A DNA stretch of 64,000 nt, from positions 64,001 through 128,000 of the forward strand of contig JBMNFY010000010.1 in assembly GCA_050949565.1 (NCBI GenBank), given 5' to 3'. The first letter of the stretch is position 1. The number at the start of each line of letters is the position of its first letter. The DNA is from Kiritimatiellia bacterium (GTDB taxonomy: Bacteria; Verrucomicrobiota; Kiritimatiellia; RFP12; UBA1067). Under the pieces are notes generated by a model. It was given only the letters and a program-made list of their open reading frames with translations, was not told the DNA's origin and ran no database searches. The position numbers and the translations under genes were made by a program. Below, in pieces: positions 52,067 through 61,513 of the stretch.

Positions 52067-52801
52067 ATGCGCGGTCTGACCACATTCATGACGAAAGTGA
52101 TCGACGGGGTTTACCCGCGCGTCTGTCCGGGGTACGGCTGCGGTCGGCTGTCGGAACGGACCGGACGTCACCTTTGTAATGATTGCCGCGCCAAGATCGA
52201 ACTCTACAGCACGAGTCTATGCAAGCTGTGCGGTCGCGAAATCGAGGGGCGGGTACGGCATGACTTCGTGTGCAGCGTCTGCCGCGCGGCACCGCCGCAT
52301 TACGACCGTGCGCGTGCGGCCGGACACTTCTCCGGCGTGCTGCGCGACATGGTGCACGCCTTCAAGTATAACAGTGCCCTCTGGTTGTGCGCCGATCTCA
52401 CGGATTTACTGCAAGGCTGCTTGATGGCGCATTTCGATGCCAATGCGGTGGACGTCGTGCTGCCGGTGCCGTTGCATCCGGTGCGGCAGCGCGAACGTTC
52501 CTACAACCAGTCGGTGTTACTGGCACGCGAGTTGGCGCGACGCATCGACCGTCGTTGCGACACGCGCGCCTTGGAACGCGTGCGCGTCACGGAGACGCAG
52601 ACGCACCTCAACGCAGCGCGCCGACGCATGAACATGCTGGGCGCGTTTCATGTGGCGCGTCCCGACTGGGTGCGGCAGCGGTGCGTGTTGCTGGTGGATG
52701 ACGTGATGACCACCGGCGCGACGCTCAACGAATGCGCGCGCATGCTGAAGAAAGCAGGCACCCGCACGGTCTGGGCCGTGACCGCAGGGCGCGGGGTGTA
52801 A
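52067..52801 (+). CDS. comF: ComF family protein (zinc ribbon + PRTase)
   Basis: CxxC pairs; PVPLH..RQRERSYNQ; LLVDDVMTTGAT. Confidence 0.93.
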   Translation: MRGLTTFMTKVIDGVYPRVCPGYGCGRLSERTGRHLCNDCRAKIELYSTSLCKLCGREIEGRVRHDFVCSVCRAAPPHYDRARAAGHFSGVLRDMVHAFKYNSALWLCADLTDLLQGCLMAHFDANAVDVVLPVPLHPVRQRERSYNQSVLLARELARRIDRRCDTRALERVRVTETQTHLNAARRRMNMLGAFHVARPDWVRQRCVLLVDDVMTTGATLNECARMLKKAGTRTVWAVTAGRGV

Positions 52802-52804
52802 AGG

Positions 52805-53080
52805 TTACTTTTTATTCCAACTATCGATCATCTCGCGGGCGCGGTCTTTGCCGCCGAGGTCGAAAGCGAGGCCCACGGCGATCGCGCCGCCGCCAAAGAG
52901 CGCGGCTACCGCGATCGTGACGATCTCTTTGCCCACACCGAGTTACTCAAGGGCCATGCCGGCTCCGAGCAGGAGCACCGCGTAGCGGGTCACGCCGGAC
53001 AGCAGCGCCGCGTTCTGATGAACCTCCTGCGCCTTGGCCACGAGCAAGGCCGATAAAAAATAAGTTTTTTGAACCAACAT
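52805..53080 (-). pseudogene. C-terminal remnant of a small-conductance mechanosensitive channel / CmpX-like membrane protein with internal TAA (52943-52945)
   Basis: Manual translation: ...LLSGVTRYAVLLLGAGMALE*LGVGKEIVTIAVAALFGGGAIAVGLAFDLGGKDRAREMID; absent from ORF track. Confidence 0.75.
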
Positions 53081-53211
53081 TTTTTCTTTCTTCAAAAACT
53101 CAAAACTCTTGCTTCGTTCTTCCCCTCCAGCTTATTATATACCCGTAACCATGATTTGGGTCATGGTGGATGATGTTCGTGTCCCCTTCCTAAAAAGAAA
53201 GGTCGACGATC

Positions 53212-54453
53212 GTGAACAAGCACGATTGGAGCAGATTCCTCGCTGCGGTTGCGGCGACATTCGCGGCGGTTGCCGCGAGCGCCATCCCTGTCGGGGTGAC
53301 GGTGAACGGCACCCCGCTCGACTCCGGCGGCCCGTCGTACGGCGCAGGTTGGTTGTACGATCCAGGTTCTTCCACCCTTTTCCTCTTTGGCACGGGCCCC
53401 TTCACGCTTTCGGGTATCAATGTGATTGGCGGCGTGCGCGTCGTCATCTCCGAGAGTGTGACGAGCATGGTTGCGTTTTCGAACCTAACGCTCCGGGCAA
53501 CGGGCGATAACCGGTGTGCTTTCGCGCTGGAGACGAACGCCTGCGTCTCGCTCTTCCTTGCAGGGGAGAACACGCTCATGTCGGGTGAGAACCGTGCGGG
53601 TATCGAGGTCGCGGCGGGGCGGACCCTCTCCGTCACCCATGCATCCGATGACGCGATGGGTTCACTGACGGCGATGGGCGGCGATTACGGCGCGGGCATC
53701 GGCGGCGGCGACCAAGGCGCGGGCGGTACGGTGACCATCAACGGCGGCATGGTTGTCGCAAACGGCGGCCTTAGCAGCGCCGGCATCGGCGGCGGATGGA
53801 GCGGTGCTGGTGGCACAGTGACCGTCAGTGGCGGCACGGTCTTCGCGCAGAGCGGTGCTGGCGGCACGGACATCGGATCCGGCTACAACGGCGCGATCTC
53901 TGGCGCGAACCTCTTTACCGGCGGCTCGATCCGTCTCGCGAACGACACCATCACCCCCGCGCCCAGCAACGGCACAGCGCGTGTCTGGTGCGTGACGGTG
54001 CCGGGGCTCACGCCAGGTGCGGCGGTCGAAATAGCCCTGCCTGCGGAGAACCTCCCGGCCTACTTCGGCGTGAATGGCCTTTTCGCCGACGCTGTCGGTT
54101 GCATCTACCTGTGGCTCCCAGACGGCGACTACGCTTTCACGGCGAACAACATCGACTACACAGCCACCGTGGATGGTGCGGCGGTCACGGCCTCCGTCAG
54201 CGTTGACGCGCCGCTCTTCGCCACGGACGGCACGGCGCTCGTCTTCGACGGCGTGTTGCTCTCCATCAAAATCACCAACGCTCAGAACGGCGTCATGTAC
54301 ACGCTCTACGCGACGGACACGTTGGGCGGCTCTTGGATACTGGAGCAGGTCGTCCAAGCTCAGGCAGACGGCGATCTTGTCTTCGAGAACATCAGCGCGT
54401 CGCCGACAAAACGCTTCTTCAAGGTGAGGGCCAGCGCCAGTTCACCCCAGTAA
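53212..54453 (+). CDS. Secreted Gly-rich beta-helix protein with C-terminal YTLY...W...RFFKV domain
   Basis: Signal peptide; GAGIGGG...GGTVTINGG repeats; TTGCTT...TATTAT promoter-like site at ~53109. Confidence 0.85.
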   Translation: MNKHDWSRFLAAVAATFAAVAASAIPVGVTVNGTPLDSGGPSYGAGWLYDPGSSTLFLFGTGPFTLSGINVIGGVRVVISESVTSMVAFSNLTLRATGDNRCAFALETNACVSLFLAGENTLMSGENRAGIEVAAGRTLSVTHASDDAMGSLTAMGGDYGAGIGGGDQGAGGTVTINGGMVVANGGLSSAGIGGGWSGAGGTVTVSGGTVFAQSGAGGTDIGSGYNGAISGANLFTGGSIRLANDTITPAPSNGTARVWCVTVPGLTPGAAVEIALPAENLPAYFGVNGLFADAVGCIYLWLPDGDYAFTANNIDYTATVDGAAVTASVSVDAPLFATDGTALVFDGVLLSIKITNAQNGVMYTLYATDTLGGSWILEQVVQAQADGDLVFENISASPTKRFFKVRASASSPQ

Positions 54454-54479
54454 CAGGGACGAGGAATGCAGGACGCGAA

Positions 54480-54750
54480 TCGAGTGCGTGTTTTGTGTGT
54501 GCACAATCGGGAGTGCGGGCGTCTCCGCCCGCTCTGTGAAAGGCCGGTTGGGATTCCGATGCGCGGTTTGGTTCCCAAGGGAGCAAAAACCCCGTAACAT
54601 GGGCGTCCCGCCCATGAAACACGGGCAAGATGCCCGTGCCACACCCTTTTGCAAGACACGTTGTTGCGGGCGAGGACGCCCGCGCCCCCGACTCTCTGCC
54701 TTCCTCTCACCAGAAACGCATGATCTTCGCCCCCTGTCGCTAACCGATTA
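54480..54750. repeat. Composite repeat with reverse REP-A (54594-54642) and reversed modules of the 49955 element
   Basis: ACACGTTGTTGCGGGCGAGGACGCCCGCGC is the reverse complement of 49966-49995. Confidence 0.85.
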
Positions 54751-54772
54751 CCCAAAAATCTCAAAAAAGCTC

Positions 54773-54801
54773 TTGCTTTGCTCCTCTCCTCGTTTTATCA
54801 T
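54773..54801 (+). promoter_or_regulatory. sigma70-like promoter, similar to the one at ~53109
   Basis: TTGCTT-17 nt-TATCAT. Confidence 0.6.
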
Positions 54802-54899
54802 ACGCTCGCTTCATGGCGGGAATCATGTTTGTGTTTCCTCCAATTCTAATTTTCGCGTCTCTTGTCTCTCTTCACCTCTAAACCGGAAGGAACAGACCG

Positions 54900-55256
54900 A
54901 TGGATAAACCGAACTGGATCAGACTTCTCGCTGTGGTCGCGGCGACATTCACGGCGGTTACCGCAATCGCTGCCCCTGTCGGGGTGACGGTGAACGGCAT
55001 CCTGCTCGACTCCGACGGCTCGGACGGTGAGGGCTGGATGTACGCCTCGTTCACGCTCACGCTTACGAACACGGGCCCCTTCACGCTTTCGGGCACGAAC
55101 ACGGCCGGCGCGGTGCGCGTCGTCGTCTCGGACGGCATCGCCAACACGGTGGCCCTCTCGAACCTGACCCTCCGGGCGACCGGATGCGTCCAGTGCCTTC
55201 CTGAGGGTCTTGGCACAATAAATCGGAAAGAAAACGCAAACAGGTTGAAGATATAG
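54900..55256 (+). pseudogene. Truncated tandem paralog of 53212..54453
   Basis: PVGVTVNG..LDS...TGPFTLSG.N..G.VRVV...SNLTLRATG, then similarity is lost at ~55185. Confidence 0.85.
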
Positions 55257-55352
55257 CTACCATTGCCAACCGACCGGACATCTGGCATGGTATTGGTATC
55301 CGGCGCTTCGACAAACGCTCGCCGGGCTGATACTGATCAAGGAGTTTTACAC

Positions 55353-56315
55353 ATGCACACAGATGTTTCACGTCGCGGTTTCATGTCTGCCGCTACAGCG
55401 GCATGCGGAATGTTGTCTGCCTCTGGTGTCCGCGCCGCGGCTCCGGCACCGGTGGCGACGGGGAGTACCTTCCGTTACGCGCTCAATGCCGCTACCCTCC
55501 GTGGCTACAAATTGTCGCTCTCGGAACAAATCGTTCTGACGGCCCAAGCCGGTTACACCGGCATTGAGCCGTGGGTTGACGACATCGCCAAGGCTGCGGC
55601 CGGTGGTACCCCGCTCAGTACACTCAAACGGCAATGCGCCGACGCCGGACTCTCGGTGGTCAGCGCAATCAGTTTTGCGGCGTGGGCTGTTGATGACGAC
55701 ACCGCACGCGCCAAGGGCATGGAGCAGATGAAGCGGGATATGGATCTCGTCGCACAGATTGGCGGCACCCATATCGCGGCGTCGCCCGCCGGTGTCTACG
55801 GGGCCAACGTTAAGCTCGACCTCGACCGCGCCGCTGAGCGCTACCGCGCCGTGCTGGAACTGGGACGTAGCATGAGCGTGATTCCCCAAATTGAGTTCTG
55901 GGGTTCCTCCGCGAATCTCTCGCGCCTCGACCAGTGTATCTACGTCGCCGCACGCGCCGCGCATCCTGATGCCTGCGTGCTGGCGGACGCTTACCACATG
56001 TACCGCGGCGGCAGTGAGGCGGCATCGCTGCGGCTGCTCAGCCGCAGTGCGACGCACTGCTTCCACATGAATGACTATCCGGCCCAGCCGGCACGCGAAG
56101 CCCTCAAGGATAGTGATCGCGTCTGGCCGGGAGACGGCATTGCTCCGCTCACGGAGATACTCGCGATATTCCGGCAGAACCACGCGTCCGTCTGGCTCTC
56201 GGTCGAGCTTTTCAACGCCACCTACTGGAAACAGCCCGCGCCCGAGACCGCGCGCACTGGCCTTGCAAAGATGCAGGCCGTGGTCGCCGCGCTCGATGCC
56301 GCTTCCAAGCGCTGA
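55353..56315 (+). CDS. Tat-exported sugar phosphate isomerase/epimerase (TIM barrel)
   Basis: SRRGFM; GYTGIEPW; DAYHMYRG; HMNDYP; SVELFN. Confidence 0.9.
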   Translation: MHTDVSRRGFMSAATAACGMLSASGVRAAAPAPVATGSTFRYALNAATLRGYKLSLSEQIVLTAQAGYTGIEPWVDDIAKAAAGGTPLSTLKRQCADAGLSVVSAISFAAWAVDDDTARAKGMEQMKRDMDLVAQIGGTHIAASPAGVYGANVKLDLDRAAERYRAVLELGRSMSVIPQIEFWGSSANLSRLDQCIYVAARAAHPDACVLADAYHMYRGGSEAASLRLLSRSATHCFHMNDYPAQPAREALKDSDRVWPGDGIAPLTEILAIFRQNHASVWLSVELFNATYWKQPAPETARTGLAKMQAVVAALDAASKR

Positions 56316-56389
56316 GAAATGCAAGCAGGCATTGATTTTGGCGGGGTATTGGCCTAAACTTGGCACCCTATTCAGAAAGTGAAGGGTTT

Positions 56390-57427
56390 ATGACACTTGC
56401 GGAATTAGATTCACAACAGGCGGCTTCGTTGGCCGAGGTCACAGCGGCGGCGGATGCGGCCGCACTGGAACAGGTGCGTATCAAATATCTGGGACGTAAC
56501 GGTTTGCTGCCGGCGATCATCAAGCAGATGAAGGAAGTGCCGGCCGCGGATCGGCCGGAGTTCGGCAAGCGCGTCCAGGCGTGGCGTGCCGCACTGGAGA
56601 GCGCGCTGGCGGAACGTGTGGCAGACGCCGCTACGGGCAAGAAGGAGCGGGCGGCCTTTGACTGCACGCTGCCGGGACGCTGGTTCGCGCCGGGCGCCAA
56701 GCATCCGGTGTCGCGCGTGATCGAAGAGACGGCCGCGATCTTCGGACGACTGGGTTTTACGGTCGCGGACGGGCCGGACATCGAGACGCGCTTCAATAAC
56801 TTCACGGCGCTGAACACGCCCGCGCACCATCCTTCGATGGATGCTTCCGACACCTTCTGGCTGACGGACGACCGGCTGCTGCGTACCCAGACTTCGCCGG
56901 TGCAGATCCGTGTCATGACCAGCCATACGCCGCCGGTGCGGATCATCACGCCGGGGCGCACCTACCGCCGCGATACGACCGACGCCACGCACAGTGCGAA
57001 TTTCCATCAGATCGAGGGCCTCTACGTGGATACGAAGCCGGTGTCGCTCGCGGACCTCAAGTCGACGTTGGCGTACTATGCGCGGGAGATGATGGGGGCC
57101 GAAGCCGGCGTGCGTTTCCGGCCGCACTTTTTCCCGTTCACCGAGCCGAGCGTCGAGGTGGACTTCTCCTGTCACGTCTGCGGCGGCAAGGGTTGCCGCG
57201 TCTGCAAGATGAGCGGCTGGATCGAGATCGCCGGCGCGGGCATGGTGGATCCGCGCGTGTACGAGCACGTCAATCAGGCACGCGGCGATCACGCATACGA
57301 TCCGGCGACGGTTTACGGCTATGCCTTCGGTTTTGGTGTCGAGCGTATCGCGATGGTCAAGTACGGCATCCCTGACATCCGTTGGTTGTACGAGAATGAC
57401 GTCCGCTTCCTGAGCCAGTTGGCGTGA
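56390..57427 (+). CDS. pheS: Phenylalanine--tRNA ligase alpha subunit
   Basis: LLRTQTSPVQ, DATHSANFHQIEGL, FFPFTEPS, AFGFGVER. Confidence 0.98.
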   Translation: MTLAELDSQQAASLAEVTAAADAAALEQVRIKYLGRNGLLPAIIKQMKEVPAADRPEFGKRVQAWRAALESALAERVADAATGKKERAAFDCTLPGRWFAPGAKHPVSRVIEETAAIFGRLGFTVADGPDIETRFNNFTALNTPAHHPSMDASDTFWLTDDRLLRTQTSPVQIRVMTSHTPPVRIITPGRTYRRDTTDATHSANFHQIEGLYVDTKPVSLADLKSTLAYYAREMMGAEAGVRFRPHFFPFTEPSVEVDFSCHVCGGKGCRVCKMSGWIEIAGAGMVDPRVYEHVNQARGDHAYDPATVYGYAFGFGVERIAMVKYGIPDIRWLYENDVRFLSQLA

Positions 57428-57481
57428 GGCGGAGGGTATGGCGCAGAGTGCCGTGGTGAGCGAAAGAAGGAATTTTCGGAA

Positions 57482-59896
57482 ATGAAAGTACCGATCAGTT
57501 GGTTGAATGAGTTTGTGGATGTGTCGGATCTGTCGGTCAAGGAACTGGCCGACAAGCTGACGTTTTCTGGCGTAGAAGTGGAGGCGATCGACGAGGTTGG
57601 CGTGACGCTCGATGACGCCTTTGTGGTGGGGGAGGTGCTGACCTGCGAGGCGCATGCAAACTCGGATCACCTGCATGTCTGCACGGTGTCGGATGGCGAG
57701 AAGACGTGGCAGGTGGTGTGCGGAGCGCCGAATGCGCGCGCCGGCCTGACCGTCGCCTTTGCGCGTATCGGGGCGGTGATTCCCGAGGGCGGGTTCACGA
57801 TCAAGAAAGCCAAGCTGCGCGGCGTGGAGTCGTTCGGCATGCTCTGCTCGGCGCGTGAACTGAAGCTCTCTGACGATCACTCAGGCATCATGGAGTTGGA
57901 TCCGGCGTTGAAGCCGGGGACGCCGTTGCGCGATGTGCTGCCGCCGCCCGAGACGGTGCTGGATCTGGAGATCACATGGAACCGTCCCGACTGTCTCTCG
58001 ATCATCGGCATCGCGCGTGAATTCGCCGCGCTGCTGAAGCGGCCGCTGCGTCTACCCTCGATAGACTTTACCGAGACCGAAGAACCGGTGGAGCGCTTCG
58101 CGCAGGTGCGCGTGGATGATCCGGTCAAATGTCCGCGCTATACGGCGCGTGTGATGACCGGCGTGCAGGATGGGATAGCACCAGACTGGATGCGGCGTCG
58201 GCTGGAGTTGTGCGGCGTGCGATCGATCAGTCTGACGGTGGACGTGACCAACTACGTGATGTTGGAGTGCGGCCAGCCGCTGCATGCGTTTGACTACCGC
58301 ATGCTGGCGGATCATACGGTGGTGGTGCGGTGCGCTACGCCGGGCGAGACAATCACAACGCTGGACGGTGTGAAGCGTACGCTCGATCCCAGCATGCTGG
58401 TGATCGCGGATGCCAAGGTGCCAAGCGCGGTGGCGGGCGTGATGGGCGGCGCGGGTAGCGAGATCGCGGCAGACTCCGCGCATGTGTTGCTGGAGAGTGC
58501 GCTCTTTGATCCGGCCTCAACCAAATTCACCGCCACACGGCTGGGACTCAGCTCCGAATCATCGCGCCGCTTTGAGCGCGGGGTCGATCCGGATCTTGCG
58601 GATTGGGCAAGCCGCAGGGCGGTGGCCTTGCTGGTCGAGCATGGACAAGCGCGCGTGGCGCGTGGCGTAATCGACGTTGATAACCGCACTTGGAAAGCGG
58701 GCGAGGTGACGTTGCGTTTTGCGCAAGCGCAGGCGTTGATCGGCGTGGCGTTGCCGCCCGATGAGATGGTCGGGCTGCTGACATCGCTAGGGCTTGAAGT
58801 GATCGCGCGTGATGCGCAGAGCGCGACCTTCCGCATTCCCTCGTGGCGGCTGGACTTGACGCTGGAAGCGGATCTGATCGAAGAGATTGCGCGTCTGCAC
58901 GGACTGGATGAAATTCCAGACCGCATGCCGGACGCGACGGCGGTCTCGACACTTGACGACCGGCCGTTCCATGCACGGGTGCGCTGCCGTAGCATCTTGT
59001 TGGGCATGGGCTTCAGCGAGGCGATGCACTACAGTTTTCTTTCCGCGCAAGAACTGGATGCGTTTGACACGCGCCGGACGGCGTCGCGGGCGGTGCTGCC
59101 GAATCCGGTGAGCGCCGATTACGGCGTCCTGCGCGATTCGCTACTGCCGCAACTTGCGGGTTCACTCGGGCGCAATGCATCGCGTCAGGTCGAAAGCGCG
59201 GCACTCTTTGAGATGGGGCGCGTCTTTTTCAAGGATGCAGATGGCGCGTGCGGCGAGGAGGAGCGCGTGTCCTTGGGGATGATGGGGCCGTTCGGACGTT
59301 CCGCGGTGGACCGTCGGCGTGCGGTCACCAACGAGGAGGCGATGCTCTGGCTCAAAGGCGCGGTGGAGAATCTGGCGGCTGCCATGCATGCCGGAGAATT
59401 GGCATTCGAGCGAGGCGAGCATCCGGCGATGGAAGAGGGGTGGGCGGTTGACATCCTGCTCAATGGCGAACGCATCGGATGCATGGGGCTGATATCAGCC
59501 GCGCTGCGTCACCAGTGGCGCATGACAACGCCGATGCCGCTGGCTGAACTAAAGCTGACACCACTGCTGGCCGGCAAGGGTGCCACATCCGGTGTCAAGC
59601 CGGTACCGCAATATCCGGCGGTGCGCCGCGACATCGCGTTTGTGGCGGACGCAGCAGTGACGCATCGTGACATTGTGGAGACAGTGCGTCAGGCCGCCCC
59701 AAGGGAATTGACTAAAGTCAGGCTTTTTGATACATTTGAATCAAAAGAAATCGGGAAGGGGAAGCGTAGCATGGCGTTCACTTTGGAGTTCCGATCGCCC
59801 GACCGGACGCTGACAGATCCCGAAGTAAATGCGGCGTTTGCCAAGATCGTCCAAGCGCTTAAGAGTGGATTGGACGTCGAGGTACGCGAAGGTTGA
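57482..59896 (+). CDS. pheT: Phenylalanine--tRNA ligase beta subunit
   Basis: VVCGAPN, LRGVES.GMLCS, NRPDCLS, GQPLHAFD, RFERGVD, RTLTD.EVN. Confidence 0.98.
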   Translation: MKVPISWLNEFVDVSDLSVKELADKLTFSGVEVEAIDEVGVTLDDAFVVGEVLTCEAHANSDHLHVCTVSDGEKTWQVVCGAPNARAGLTVAFARIGAVIPEGGFTIKKAKLRGVESFGMLCSARELKLSDDHSGIMELDPALKPGTPLRDVLPPPETVLDLEITWNRPDCLSIIGIAREFAALLKRPLRLPSIDFTETEEPVERFAQVRVDDPVKCPRYTARVMTGVQDGIAPDWMRRRLELCGVRSISLTVDVTNYVMLECGQPLHAFDYRMLADHTVVVRCATPGETITTLDGVKRTLDPSMLVIADAKVPSAVAGVMGGAGSEIAADSAHVLLESALFDPASTKFTATRLGLSSESSRRFERGVDPDLADWASRRAVALLVEHGQARVARGVIDVDNRTWKAGEVTLRFAQAQALIGVALPPDEMVGLLTSLGLEVIARDAQSATFRIPSWRLDLTLEADLIEEIARLHGLDEIPDRMPDATAVSTLDDRPFHARVRCRSILLGMGFSEAMHYSFLSAQELDAFDTRRTASRAVLPNPVSADYGVLRDSLLPQLAGSLGRNASRQVESAALFEMGRVFFKDADGACGEEERVSLGMMGPFGRSAVDRRRAVTNEEAMLWLKGAVENLAAAMHAGELAFERGEHPAMEEGWAVDILLNGERIGCMGLISAALRHQWRMTTPMPLAELKLTPLLAGKGATSGVKPVPQYPAVRRDIAFVADAAVTHRDIVETVRQAAPRELTKVRLFDTFESKEIGKGKRSMAFTLEFRSPDRTLTDPEVNAAFAKIVQALKSGLDVEVREG

Positions 59897-59957
59897 CAAT
59901 TTTTGTTCTTTGAGAGGTGCCGGGGATGGTGAATGACCCCGGCGAGTGAAAAGAAGT

Positions 59958-60131
59958 GGGCCCTGCTTTGTGCGCGGATACGCAGTATTTCTCTGACCTT
60001 CAAGTTGTATCGGGAGTTCGAATGTGGCGCAGCAAGGATACCTGCCTCGAGCAGATCCGGATGGCGTCACCTAGGACACCCACCTCATGAGTGAGGTTTC
60101 AGAGATCCTGCAATACGGCAAAGTGGGGCTT
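59958..60131 (+). ncRNA. ssrS: 6S RNA
   Basis: Long rod: GCCCTGCTTTG/CAAAGTGGGGC and TCTCTGA/TCAGAGA stems, central bubble, GGGAG...CACCCACCT; ~175 nt; T run after; located just after pheT. Confidence 0.75.
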
Positions 60132-60151
60132 TTTTTCGGGAATTAGCTATC

Positions 60152-60994
60152 ATGCATAAATTAGGGATCGTCATGGGGACGGGGCTTGCGGTTGTCGTTG
60201 CCACGTTCGTGGCACGTGCGCAGCTTCCGGAGGTCACGGAAACGGCTCTTGCCGAGCTGGGGACCACGCTCGGACAGCCGTCCATGAGCGGTTTTGTGTT
60301 CATTGAGGGGCGCTACATCAAACCGCCCTATACAGTGACGCGGCGCGGTAACGCGATTTTTATCAACCGCATTCAAATCGAGCAGCCTGTAGCATGGCCG
60401 CGTAATGTGGCTCCTGCTCCGGCGGCTGCGCGCGCGATCGACGCGGACGGTGATTTTGAGCCGATCACGCCGGATGCGGCGCAACCTGAATCTCCGCAAC
60501 CCGTTGCGGCGGACGCGCAGGCGAAAGTTGTGCAGAGTATCGATGACCTTTTCGCAGACGACGATGACGATCCGGCGCCTGCGCCGCAACCCGCCGCCCC
60601 TGCGCCAGCGCAAGCGACCACATCTCCGGAAGAGCGCGAGCGTGAAAAGGCGCTTGTGATTGAAAGTCTCGAACGTATCCGTTCCGGCTACGAACAGGCG
60701 TTGGCGCGCGGCGAAATCTTTTTCTTCGGGCAACGGCATAACCGCGTGAACGGCACCTACGGTACCGCAAGAACGCTGATAGAGGTTTTGCCGAGCGCAC
60801 TGCGGTATGCGGAGTCACCGCTTGATTTGCAGAACAAACTCAGACAGGGCGGTGTCTATTTTCTCGATATCGGGATTTGCGGCGAAGTCTTCCGGCACAA
60901 AAACACGTTCCCGTTGCTGGAAGAGAGACTGCGCAGAATCAAGGCAGACGAGGCGCTCGAAGCAGCAAGGAAAAAAGCTGCGCGCCCTTGGTGA
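60152..60994 (+). CDS. Hypothetical secreted protein with Pro/Ala/Asp-rich linker
   Basis: Signal peptide ...VARA-Q; genome-typical codon usage. Confidence 0.8.
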   Translation: MHKLGIVMGTGLAVVVATFVARAQLPEVTETALAELGTTLGQPSMSGFVFIEGRYIKPPYTVTRRGNAIFINRIQIEQPVAWPRNVAPAPAAARAIDADGDFEPITPDAAQPESPQPVAADAQAKVVQSIDDLFADDDDDPAPAPQPAAPAPAQATTSPEEREREKALVIESLERIRSGYEQALARGEIFFFGQRHNRVNGTYGTARTLIEVLPSALRYAESPLDLQNKLRQGGVYFLDIGICGEVFRHKNTFPLLEERLRRIKADEALEAARKKAARPW

Positions 60995-61020
60995 CCGTGC
61001 AAGAAGAAAGGTTGTCAACG

Positions 61021-61371
61021 ATGCGGACGAAACACACAGTGAATGAGCCTGTTTTTAAACGCGTGGCCAGTATTCTGGCATCGATCGACTCACCCAAGGA
61101 GATGTGCACGTTCCTGGAAGAATTACTGACGCCTGCCGAGGTACGCGACATCACCTTGCGCTGGCAGTTGCTGGAGCGGCTCGCGGAAGGTGTCACGCAA
61201 CGCAAGATCGCCGAAGAACTGCGGATCAGCCTGTGCAAGATCACGCGCGGCTCAAAAATTTTGAAACAACAGGGCGCCGTGACGGCGCGTCTGCTCGGAA
61301 CAGGGAAGTCTGCCGGGCGGACGAAGGCGAAGGCTCATCGTGTGTGTTCACAGAAAAAAACGGCAGAATGA
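61021..61371 (+). CDS. TrpR-like (YerC/YecD) repressor
   Basis: FLEELLTPAE...LRW...GVTQRKIA.EL.ISLCKITRGS. Confidence 0.9.
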   Translation: MRTKHTVNEPVFKRVASILASIDSPKEMCTFLEELLTPAEVRDITLRWQLLERLAEGVTQRKIAEELRISLCKITRGSKILKQQGAVTARLLGTGKSAGRTKAKAHRVCSQKKTAE

Positions 61372-61390
61372 TAGAGGCTCTTCAGGGTGT

Positions 61391-61495
61391 GTGGCACGGG
61401 CATCTTGCCCGTGCTTCATGGGCGGGACGCCCATGCCACGCGGGGTGTGACACGGGCATCTTGCCCGTGTTTCATGGGCGGGACGCCCATGCCAC
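61391..61495. repeat. Tandem REP-A doublet
   Basis: Copies at 61391-61439 and 61447-61495. Confidence 0.92.
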
Positions 61496-61513
61496 GAAAG
61501 GTAGGTCAATGAG

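Noticed and set aside
10854-52945. Genome-wide stop-codon reassignment (TAG/TAA to Gln)
   Set aside because: Conserved genes end at the expected positions with TAA or TAG (argB, argD, nadC, comF), so the code is standard.
7756-61495. CRISPR array suggested by recurring palindromic repeats
   Set aside because: Copies are dispersed or at most doublets, with no unique spacers and no cas genes.
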